A DNA stretch of 59,477 bases, counting the filler, from Dimargaris cristalligena (Eukaryota), in assembly GCA_003614675.1 (NCBI GenBank). It is 7 parts of 7 records of this genome, joined end to end, with 100 filler letters (N's around TTAATTAATTAA, not from the genome) between each part and the next. Parts side by side here need not be neighbours in the genome. Positions count along the whole stretch, not along the records: positions 42,602 to 51,006 come from ML003334.1; positions 51,107 to 59,477 come from ML003335.1; 5 more parts are not named here. One strand, written 5' to 3'. Positions 47,074 to 57,575 of this stretch are shown in pieces (position 1 is the stretch's first letter; each line of letters starts with the position of its first letter). The position numbers and the translations under genes are program-made. The notes beneath the pieces are model-generated. The model saw only the letters and a list, made by a program, of their open reading frames with translations, did not search any database and was not told the DNA's origin.

Positions 47074-47733
47074 TCAGCGACTGTAAGTGGCCAGACGCGC
47101 AACGGCCCGCTCTTGGTAACGCTTAAATGCGGGGTCCTGTTCCAGAGTGGCCTGGAACTTACGCAGACCCTCGCCCATGTGTTCCTCTAGGATTTCCTTG
47201 TAAATTGGCAGTTTGACAAGTCTTTCAAGACGCATGTACGCCACAATATCGGCAAGGGTGGTCTGATTACCGACGTAGTGACCGGTACCGTTGCGGAGCA
47301 GCAGTTCGTCATGTTTCTTCAACAGATTGGTGGCCGCCTCACCGAGTTTCTTGAAAGCAACCGCCTTTTCTTCCTCGGTCTTGGCGATGAATAGGGCCTG
47401 GACCAGGAGGTCCATCACATCATTACACTGACCGAGCACCGCGTCCTGCTGGGCGTTGGACCGAACATCGGCGGGGCTTGTTCCGTAGAGACCGAAGCGG
47501 GCGGCCAGGTAGCGTTGGATGGCGTCGGATTCAGATAGGACGAACGAGGGCTCTGCCGAATCAGAATCATACTCATTGAGCACAGGCAGCTTCCCGAAGG
47601 GGGACTGGCTCTTTTCGACGGCCCAGTCGGTCGGATAGGTCGATTGGTAGTCGGCGTTGGCGTAGTCCAGAATAGCGCGCGCAACTTCGCCATGGCCGCT
47701 GGTTTGAAAGTACAAAATTTCGAAACGGGTCAT
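47074..47733 (-). CDS. Glutathione S-transferase (Tyr-type, sigma-like)
   Basis: From ATG 47733: ILYFQTSGHGEVARAIL, PFGKLPVL, LSESDAIQRYLA, YVGNQTTLADI (N-capping box). TATAAA on the minus strand at ~47864-47869. Confidence 0.92.
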   Translation of the reverse strand: MTRFEILYFQTSGHGEVARAILDYANADYQSTYPTDWAVEKSQSPFGKLPVLNEYDSDSAEPSFVLSESDAIQRYLAARFGLYGTSPADVRSNAQQDAVLGQCNDVMDLLVQALFIAKTEEEKAVAFKKLGEAATNLLKKHDELLLRNGTGHYVGNQTTLADIVAYMRLERLVKLPIYKEILEEHMGEGLRKFQATLEQDPAFKRYQERAVARLATYSR

Positions 47734-49170
47734 GTTGGATGATAATTGACTAATGGGGCAGAGGAAGGAAGATAAAGTTGGGGGATGGAGAGACAGAGTC
47801 ACTGGGGCAGGTGATGAAAGGAAAGCTTGGTTGACCTATTAGAAGGTGAGGCGAGTAGCCATTTTTATAACGGACTTCCAGCTAATTAGCCTGACTCATT
47901 GGGAAGGTAAAGAAAGAGAGAGGGAGTGATCACCCCATTGTGGTTAGACCTAAACCTACTTTCGTCAATCAGCCCAGACATCCAATTCCTTTTGGGAGAA
48001 GTACATGACTTGACCCAAACTAGTTTGTGGCAATCTATCGGAGATAGCCAGTTCAGGTAGGCCGATGAGGGGTCCCCAATTTATTAGTCAGCCATCCGGT
48101 GGACTGTTCAGCTGGACCTACTGGTCTTACGTAAGTGGGTGAACTGGCCCACCACGCATCAACCACCGTCTAAACTCTTAAGAAACTGTCCCCAAATAAA
48201 CCGAGTCTCATCTATTGTATGGAGCCGACATTATTCGGCGATTTTATCCCACCAACTACAAAGCCGGTCAGTATGTTAAGGGTGAATAAAATTCGAACTC
48301 CGACTTCTCACTGCAGATATCCTCAATTTCTACAGAACTAGGCTATCCATTTTGAACTTTGGAGGGTGCCATTTATGGCGAATAGTCGACAGTAAATTAT
48401 ATTTAGACCTAATGGGAGTTCCCAAAGAACAGAAAAATGTATACTTTAAGGTATGGCTGGCCTAATGAGTCACTCGTTTCTACTTTAGTATTACTGGCCT
48501 GATCCGTTACATGGTTCCATTCGCTGTCAATCTGCATCCGCTCTGGGCCTGTAGGTCACTGGCATATCGTAATTCCTTATTATATGGGATGGGGCATCTA
48601 AGTTGGTCATCATTACTGGCTCAATAGATTTGCCAAGCCAGAACGTGTACTATGACTAGGTTGAGTGACAATGGGAAATAGGCCAACAACTGAGAAATTA
48701 CCTAAATATAGTAGAGTTGATTGTGTTCAAGTAGGAAATTTTCTGAACTGGTCAGTATCAGAAGGCACGTATACGTCACCGCGTTTAATTCAATAACAGC
48801 AGGTTGTTCCTATTTGCCGAGCCGGTTAAAGGTTTAAGCACCCTTACCCTTTCCTTGCCAATATATCTATGGACGTTATGTTATTTGCAGTGCTTAGTAA
48901 TACACAGCAAGCGGATGTGGGAGAGCACTATAATAAACACTCAAAGGACTATGTATTGCTCAGAAAAGACACGATACTGTGTATGATATACCCAGCATGC
49001 TCGACTATTGCATGTTGGAAACGTTCTGGATACTTAATAGTCAAATGTGAATCAGGGGGTCATAGACAGCGCTGTCCTTGTATACCGCATGTCGAAATCT
49101 TCCTAATCAGAGTGAAAGCTAATGATATTGCAAACTTGTTCCGTACCACTAATGTGAGCAGCTGCCGCAA

Positions 49171-49244
49171 TAGTATACTGCATCAGATTAACGTTGAACA
49201 CTAAAGGTAGTATACTGCATCAGATTAACGTTGAACACTAAAGG
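49171..49244. repeat. Perfect 37-bp tandem duplication
   Basis: TAGTATACTGCATCAGATTAACGTTGAACACTAAAGG twice (49171-49207, 49208-49244). Confidence 0.95.
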
Positions 49245-50770
49245 GCAATGCCTGTTGACACAGTAGGCCTCCGTGGTTTAACGACCAACCAAACTGTTTT
49301 TATTGTGCACATGACGCTGAACGCGTATGCCCTGCCATATATAGGATATGGGTAAAATTCTACCCAACCGGATAATATATTAGGAGATATAGAGACGAAT
49401 GGATGGACAGGTAAGCGTAATCTCTATTTTTACTCAGAATTATCAGCCTCGTTAATCGGATATTTCAGTATATAACCCGATTGAACATTTTCCATCTATA
49501 ATACAATGATCCTGTACCACGAGGTCTCAGTTATCCTACATTGTCTATTATTGGTAAGATTGAGAAATGCCTGTGAGTTTACTACCAATCAAGCAGCGAG
49601 TACTAGTACTGTCCTTTGCCCCGCACCATCTTCATGTGAGTGATGAATTAATGATACATTAAATATGTTATCCTAAAGTGCCACCTTAATACCATTGCCT
49701 GGGCGGAGCAAAAAAAAACTAAGCTAAGCAAAAATAAAAGACAAACACCCAGGCCTGTGCTGTACTATACTCAATACCCACTGTGATGTTATACAGCTAT
49801 TTGGGGTATGTGATTTGAAAGGAAGACATATATCACCTATGTCATGCTGTGAGACAATCGCTGATCTGTCTTTATTAGTGTGCTATTGGTTCAACCTTGT
49901 GGTTATCATAACAAAATCAACAATTATCAATTATTTCAAATGATATAACAATTCTTAGTATTTCCATGCCTTCAGGCAATCTATGCTCCAATTATTATTT
50001 TTTACAAATATCTTGATGACTATGTGCTTAGATGACTCTATGATGTTTGTTAGAAATATAGAATGTATTTTCATATTTTTATGCTATTATTTTATGGACA
50101 TGGTTTGGGGAACTCTCTCCCAAATAGATAGCAGAGCTTTATTCTTTATTTCATAATACTTTTACAATTTTACTGAAATACTTTATTAATTCTACTCCTA
50201 ATTTATTGACATTGGACTATCTAATCCACCCTAATCTAGTTGGCTTAGATGTCTAACTATATTATACCTTATAGTACCATATTAGCTTTCCTATAGTCAC
50301 CCCTGGTACCATAGGATCATCCCTTATTATATAACTGTTCCCCTTCCAGACTCCATCTCTTCACACTAATCACTCAGTATGCTGATCTGAAGACTCTTCT
50401 GGTTACCATCAGAGTCTTCCAGGTACTAGTAACTATCTGGTTAGCCTATTTATCTATCCCTTCATCTTAGAAGTATCCTTCCCTCAGGACCTCCCACTAA
50501 AGTTATCCCTATATATATATAACTAGGCCCCATTGGACTAGTTAAATTCCTTAGCTTATTCTCACCCTTAGTTTATCCCTAATAAACTATATATATACCC
50601 ATTCCCCCATACTGCTTAATATATATGCCTACTATATATCCCTTGCATATACCTGCCACATAGCCTTTATTAGTTAGTACCATGCCCTATACCTAAAGCT
50701 AGTAGCCCACTTAGCTAAGTCTAAGTCCTGCTTACTATTAGAAGCCTATGCTTGGGATTCTTGATAGACT

Positions 50771-51006
50771 AAGAGGGGTTTGTTGGAAATTCATTTCTCC
50801 CACCCCTCCGAATCCTTTACTCTGATTGGTCCGTCCTAATACCTGGGACTGTTCTCTATCTATGATTATATCACCCTATACTTGGAACAACGTTTTTATC
50901 ATCATTACTGCTATTTTCAATACAATAAAACCAACCACGGGCATCTAGCTATGCCCCTTGCGGTTCTTTCTCTCTTCTTTGAATCTTTTCAGTTGTATCT
51001 GAAGGC
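50771..51006 (+). mobile_element. PPT + 3' LTR of a copia-like element (truncated by gap), preceded by CpG-free decayed repeat DNA (~49870-50770)
   Basis: AAGAGGGG purine tract, then TGTTGGAA at 50781. CAATAAAACCAACCAC resembles CAATAAAACTAACCAC in the sense strand of the 25044-25252 LTR. Confidence 0.6.
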
Positions 51007-51106
51007 NNNNNNNNNNNNNNNNNNNNNNNNNNNNNNNNNNNNNNNNNNNNTTAATTAATTAANNNNNNNNNNNNNNNNNNNNNNNNNNNNNNNNNNNNNN
51101 NNNNNN

Positions 51107-51385
51107 AGGCCACTGCTGCGCCCCAGCACGCTGGCCCAGCCGGCCGAGGATGAGGGGGAGGGGATTCTACCGTTCCTACCCATGTACTACCAGCGGTGGT
51201 TGCATACGAACCAGGTGGTTACCCTGACCGACTTTGGCCATGCGCGGGTCAAGATAACGGGCATCACCCCCGACTATGGCTACCTAACCACTCTAGGAGT
51301 GGCGGACGGCAAGCCATACACTTTACAGCCAGGTGGGAACAGCTTCGATATGATGGCGGGGTTGATTGGCCAAAAGACCTCCTGA
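51107..51385 (+). CDS. BPL1: Biotin-protein ligase (holocarboxylase synthetase), C-terminal fragment
   Basis: PFLPMYYQRWLH..QVVTL...ITGITPDYGYL...LQPGGNSFDMMAGLI.QK matches the eukaryotic BPL C-terminal domain. Frame is open back to the gap. Confidence 0.85.
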   Translation, partial: RPLLRPSTLAQPAEDEGEGILPFLPMYYQRWLHTNQVVTLTDFGHARVKITGITPDYGYLTTLGVADGKPYTLQPGGNSFDMMAGLIGQKTS

Positions 51386-54300
51386 TAAATGGGAAATGAT
51401 AGGTCCCAGGATGGTTTATCAACTTATCCCCGCCACCGTCGTTGGGAAAGTGCGCTATTTTTAATACTCACCCCCTCCCACCTTGGCCTCACTCTCTCTC
51501 TCTCTGCCCACCTGGCGGATCGCCAATTAAGATGGGCGTGTGTCGGAGTTTTAGTTGGTTCTCATTGACTCGAGATGGGTAGAGTGTAGCTGGCACAACT
51601 ATGTTCCATGGACTCCTCTCGATGCTGCGTTGAATGAGGAGGATGCCTCTGGTTTGCACGCCTAAAATTAGGTTGATTAACAGCCTCCCATGAGGACATA
51701 CCTAGACCCAATGAATAAACGATATCGGTGTTGGCTGCCATAGGTCTGTTGTCCACTAGAAATGGTTAAAGAAACGCCGCCACATAGCGAGTTACTCCCA
51801 ACAAGCCATTTGTGAATCTCCATAACCGCTGGACACGGCTGTAGTGGGTTAAATTTATATCCGCCAACTTCACAGACAAGGGGAGTTTACCTCTATTTAC
51901 GTGCTATACATTAGTGGTATGCACTAGGTCGACAATGAAGCGATCTCATCACCCCTAAGTCCGCAGAACGATCCTTCCCTCACTGTATCATTGTTATTGC
52001 AGGTTCAAACATTTAACATGCTGAATGAACTGACTAAACGACATGGGGTATATTCGCCTTGGTAGTTGCGGCACTTTTATTCGTCCAATGTGGTCCAGCG
52101 AAAGAGACCAACCCGCCCAGGATTGTCGGTCTGAATACTTACTGGAAGATTCTACATTACTCCGATATCCCCTTCTCGTATGGTTGGTATTTGACCTCGA
52201 GTTATAATTTGCCAAGAATTTTGGCGGGTCTCTTAGACCTATCACAAAGGCGGCACCTTCCTCAATCCCATCCTGAACGCCCAGTGTTCATTATGTGTGG
52301 GACCTTCTAGCTAAAATTGGTTCGGTGAACATTTTTTCTACCTTGTGTTACAAAAGAACAGCTTAATACCAATGCCCATTTTAGTCACACCCCCCTGTTC
52401 GGTAACCTTCGCCCGTCTATTGTAACCCGGAGTATATCTTCAGTCAGGGCAGTGTGATTGGCTTACCAGCCTGCCTGCCCCCTTATTCACTCGCCAAGGC
52501 CAACTAGTGTTGGAAGACTTCACACTTCATTGTTGTAGATTGAATAGGCACTTAATAGAGATGGCTGAGTATCCAAGATTAAGGGGTCGCGGAATGAAAA
52601 GCAGTAACAAATGGGCCAGTTCGCTGGTTTATCAGACGGACTGCAGTACTCGGCCGCCCTCACTAGATGAGCCTGTACACCCTAGTAACCCACTAACCCC
52701 AAACAATGCTTCCCCTAGATTCAGGTCTCCCACCCCCCTCCCTCACCCATGTTCCCCCAAGGAACGGAATGCCGACATGGTACCTGGAGCAGGCCAAACT
52801 AATTATATAATAATAGAGTTCCACCCCTTTCCCCATTTGGCGCCATGGGGCTGCTACCGAGAGGGAGCGCCCCAATGGGGGACTTCCCATGGTGTTCTAA
52901 TTTCACCGGGCCAAATGGACCGACGGAGAAGGAGCCTGAAGAGATATTATGAAACCTTCAAATATAAGATTGCGACTAGGGGGGGTGGTGGATAGACAAA
53001 TTAGATGGTAGGTGAGCGGTTTTGGACCCCGCCTTCCAGCTATTTAGTAAGCGGTCGGTGAGAAGGATCGGCCCCTATTCCTAATCATACTGGTTGGTAT
53101 GTTCAGCAGATGGGCGCCCTATGGCTGAGCTAGAAGGCTATGGCAGGTATTCGCACCATTGGAAGGATTTACGTGGATTTTTTTGTTTGATTTGCTCTGT
53201 CAGCATAATTATACCCCAACTTTTACCCATGGCCATTAAATTGTTAACAATGCCGGTTTAAACCACGAGGTGATCTTCTTTTTATATGGAATTGACTTAC
53301 GCTCTATAGTCTAGCCCGTTTCACAGTAACTGTTTGGAGGGGGGCCGAGTAACGGTTGATTTCGGGGTATGCTAGTATTAAGTACGGGTTGGAAGGCGTG
53401 CCTCTTTGCGGTGTCCACCCTAGTGGCCCGAGATTTCTTCTACAGCCAATCCAGCAGTTTGGTGGCAAACCAGTGTAGCCAAATGTATATTCGCCTCTTA
53501 TTCGGCCGCTAGTGTGGCATTTTCGATCATCAGTATGGTATACTAGTTAGCCAATTGGATATGCCTTGCTCGGCACTTATTTTGCGACCAGCTAGCGAGC
53601 TGTATTACTTTGCAGCCATGGGGTCGGCGGGGCTTTGACGTAATCATTTAATAAATGGTTGCCAATAGGCTGGTTAGCATTGCAGGTAGTCGATAGTGTG
53701 GGTCATACTGTACAATATGTATGATATACCATTGGAACGGGCCGATTCTAACCCGGGTAGGGGGCATAGTGTTCGCTGGAGAAGTTCTTTATAGTGTGGT
53801 CAAGTGGAACGCTCGCAAATGGCAGCCCACTCCTCCGGTTGCGGGCAGAATAAGTAGCGGCATGGCGTGCATCTGTGCAGGGGGATAAAATGAACGAGCA
53901 CACTGGCTAGATGGGAGACGGCATTGGCGGACATTGCAGCCCTCGACGTCTTTGGCTAAGACATGTAAGACCTGGTCTGTGGGGTTGACAACCGCTTGAG
54001 TTGTACGTAGCCAAGAGAGAGGACAATCCACCCAACCTGGTCCCAGCCTCATGAGTTGCTGGTTGTTTGGCCGATTGTCTCTTTCTGAGCGATCGCCACC
54101 AATTGGCTTGGGCTGTTTTGCGGTGCATTCCCGCTTCACCGTCCTTTTCTGGTCAATGAACCAGCCAGGCACAGAACAAGGAAGACAGCGGGGCGGTCGT
54201 TGGCCCTTTGGCTTGCGGCACGTACAAACGGAAGAGCAGAACTGAGCCCCCCCTGCTCCCGTATTGTCATAGATCCTCATCTTCTATATAGTGTTTTCCC

Positions 54301-54984
54301 AACATTCCAGCATCATTTCAGGCCCCCCTTGTTCTAAGGATTGTCACGGTTAATGGCTGCAGGCGGCTAGTTGCTCAATCGTAGCTGCTATTCAGTTTCC
54401 AGCATCTATTGAAGCCTTCTTCATTCACGAGGATTGTTCCCAATGGGTGCCCCGAATATATAAACCCCCGGGGTTTCCACCAACTATGGTCAGTAGTATC
54501 TTCATCATCTTCCTTGCTTTGGACTCACCACCGGTTGGCGTCACTTCTCCTCTTTTCCATTCTTATTCGATCCTATTCCTGCGCCGTGCGTAGAATCTGT
54601 TTTCCTCCTCCGTCTTTTATTCCCCGAACACTACGTTTCCCCTAGGCTGGGAATACCCTTTTGACTTATCTCTGGTAGATAACTCACTGATTTCCCTCCC
54701 CAGTTCACCTTTAGTTTCACACACCTCTTTCAGCTGCGCTGATTTATCCTGCCCATTCAACTCTATACTTCGTTCCTTATTCAGGCCTTCTTAAATATCG
54801 ATTTTTCATTGCCAGTCTGTGACTAGTAATTTACAACTTGATATTACTGACCTCCTGCGATTCCTCACATTTGTGCTATCTTCACTCTATCCGTCACGCG
54901 AAATTTCGTAACGCGCCAACGCATCAATCCCAATCAGCTACACCCCCATCGCCCTCCAAACCTATCCCGAATCCAAATATTATC

Positions 54985-56247
54985 ATGATGAAGTTCGTCA
55001 CTGTGATGATTGCCGCCCTGGCTGCTGGCGTGACCGCCCACATGAAGCCCGACTCCCCCTGCCCTCGTGGCTCTCCGCTGGCTAGCTGCGGCTATCCCAC
55101 CCCCGACTACTCCCTGAGTTCTCCCATTGGTTCCGGCGGTTCGACCGCTTTCCCGATTTGTCACCATACCGAGCCTTACGCCAAACCCGTGGCGACCTAT
55201 TCGGCGGGTGGCAGTATCGATGTGGTTTTCACCGGTGGTGCCATTCATAACGGCGGCCATTGCGAGTTCTCCCTTTCCTACGACGGAGGTAACACCTTTG
55301 TCGTGATTCAAACTATTCTCAAAACATGCTTCCTGTCTGGAACATCTTTCTCCGTGCCCATCCCCAGCTCCGCCCCTTCCAGCGACAAGGTTGTCTTCGC
55401 CTGGTCTTGGGTGAATGCCTCGGGCAACCGGGAATTCTACATGACCTGTTCCGATATCGCCATCAACGGAAAAGCGGGCGGCTCCATCAGCGGTCCCCCT
55501 ATGATCCACCCCAACTACGGCAGTGGTCCTACCATCGGTGAGTTTGCCAACGGTGGCGACGACGGCAGCAATTACTACACCTCCCGTCAAAACATCGTGG
55601 TTACGGCCGGTGGTAGCGCCTCCGCCCCTGTCGCTGTTCCCTCGACCACCCCTGTGACCACACCCGCTGGCGGGTCTGTTACGGCCTCCGCTCCGACTAC
55701 TGCGAGCACTGACGCCACCTCCGGATCCAGTTCGGGCAACCCTAGCCAAGGCTCCTCATACCCTGTTGTAAGCCCACCCACCACCGATTCCACCACTTCT
55801 CAGTCCAATACTGGCTCTGGTTCTACCCAGGGTTCGACCACCTCCCAAACCGGTTCCGGCTCTGGCTATTACCAGAGTGGTACCGGCTCAGGCACTTATA
55901 GCGGCTCTAACACCCCCAGCTCTGGTACTTCGACCGATGGCAGCCAAACATCCCCATCTTCGTCTGCCAGCCCAAGCTCCTCACCTGTTTCCGATGATGA
56001 CTACTCATCATCGCCTAGCAACAACTACTACCGTGACTCCACCGTCCCTACCCCTGTCTCCACCACTACAACCGCCACTGCTCCGGCTGCTGGATCGGTT
56101 GCCTTCAGCTGCCAAGCGGCTGGCCAGTCTCCTAACATTCTGATCAATGCCGGTGGTCGCCAGTTCACCATCACTTGTGGACCAAGCCTCGTATGTACCA
56201 TGCGTGATGGTGCGGGGCCTTTCTGCGACAAGGCAGCATCTGCGTAA
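54985..56247 (+). CDS. Secreted AA11-type lytic polysaccharide monooxygenase with Ser/Thr linker and C-terminal 4-Cys module
   Basis: Signal peptide MMKFVTVMIAALAAGVTA then His1 (55039); AIHNGGHCEFSLSYDGG; FAWSWVNASGNREFYMTC; ~160-aa S/T/G-rich linker; terminal Cys-rich module. Confidence 0.88.
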   Translation: MMKFVTVMIAALAAGVTAHMKPDSPCPRGSPLASCGYPTPDYSLSSPIGSGGSTAFPICHHTEPYAKPVATYSAGGSIDVVFTGGAIHNGGHCEFSLSYDGGNTFVVIQTILKTCFLSGTSFSVPIPSSAPSSDKVVFAWSWVNASGNREFYMTCSDIAINGKAGGSISGPPMIHPNYGSGPTIGEFANGGDDGSNYYTSRQNIVVTAGGSASAPVAVPSTTPVTTPAGGSVTASAPTTASTDATSGSSSGNPSQGSSYPVVSPPTTDSTTSQSNTGSGSTQGSTTSQTGSGSGYYQSGTGSGTYSGSNTPSSGTSTDGSQTSPSSSASPSSSPVSDDDYSSSPSNNYYRDSTVPTPVSTTTTATAPAAGSVAFSCQAAGQSPNILINAGGRQFTITCGPSLVCTMRDGAGPFCDKAASA

Positions 56248-57575
56248 ACGAATAGGGCCCTCCACATCTCGCCATTTTCTATTCAGACTACACAGCAGCT
56301 AGTCTCAAGTCAGTCCCCCATCATATCCCATGTATACCATACCCCCTTCTCCAATTATTTCATATTCCATGTTTTCTTCTTCACGCCATGATTCCTCCCT
56401 ACATTGTTACAATGCCTCATTATAAGCCGTATATATCACCGTGTGTTCGACATCGCCGACTATCGGCTACGCCATTATCTCAAAATAAAACAAATTGAGT
56501 CATGCAATTAATTCCGAAAAGAGAAAATCTTCATAATATACGATATACAATTACAATCGGGAAATAGCTAAAAGAATTACCCACTTTTCGGCTCTTCACA
56601 TAGACAATGCTGTTTAGATTGCCACATCATTAGATTTCATTAATTGTGAAGCTGTTACTGAAATGGCCAGTGTATCGCATAATCTTTCCCACTGGCTTCC
56701 GCATGGGACAGCACATGTGAAGTAATGCCAACCATCCCAAATATATAATCGATAAGGATGCGTAAGATTCAGCTGTGCAAATGTAGAGCTCGCATAAATA
56801 TGCCTGATCAAGTACGTGGGGTGTGCCTTATAAGCTAGCATAGTCGGCCTCTACAGCGGTTATTTCATCACATGGTTGGACTAAACCTCCCCAGTATTAC
56901 ACATTGTCCCTAGTCGAAAAAAACACCAGGATATAAGTTGTTTGAGCATATCTGTGGGTATAATCCACCTATCCGAAGTATTTCTTCGGTTGTTTATTAA
57001 CGATATTTGCCATGTGCAAAGCCTCATTGTGAAATTCCGGTGTTAATTTTCCCCCACATTGATGCGCGCCTTTGTCAGACTATGGCCGCGTTGGGATAAA
57101 CCGAAAATAGGTAACCGTTGACGGATGTGTTCGCTGTCAGCCAACAGGCGGTGCGCATTCGTTTGTTTCAGCTTCGTTGAACAATGAAGTCGTGCTATAC
57201 ACCCGTATATTATAGATAATATACGTAGAGCAACATGAAGGTACACAACCCAATCCCTATAGTATTTGGAAGCATTCTTTAGTTGTAAAATATCAACAAC
57301 CTTATCTATTGCTCCATACAAGCTATAAATATAGACAACAATCCCGACATTACTTGATATGGTACGCCCTCCCTCGCATATATACGGTTGAGCATGTTCG
57401 TGGATACATCATTTATTTCAATATACATTTTTAATGCAAAATATATCTTACGCAACGGATGTATAATGCCATTACTCTTTTAAGTAATTCATCGTTAGTA
57501 TTTTTATGTATTTGATTACGCTGATACTCCATAACTGTTTAATGTCATATATTAATCTTACGCTGCCATCTTAAA

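Noticed and set aside
34093..47733. Apparent biosynthetic cluster of NRPS, secreted protein and GST
   Set aside because: The genes lie on different contigs joined artificially.
48270..48320. GTTCGAAT T-loop-like motif on the minus strand (also GGTTCGA at ~14413 and ~44751)
   Set aside because: No T-stem pairing or cloverleaf can be built; no tRNA called.
49171..49244. 37-bp repeat as a CRISPR array
   Set aside because: Only two copies, no spacer, no cas genes, eukaryotic context.
51400..54830. Short ORFs (60-163 aa) between BPL1 and AA11, and others at 8872-9303, 14100-16700, 25579-27500 and 42602-43800
   Set aside because: No domain motifs or coding-like codon bias that I can recognise; treated as intergenic or unidentifiable decayed repeats.
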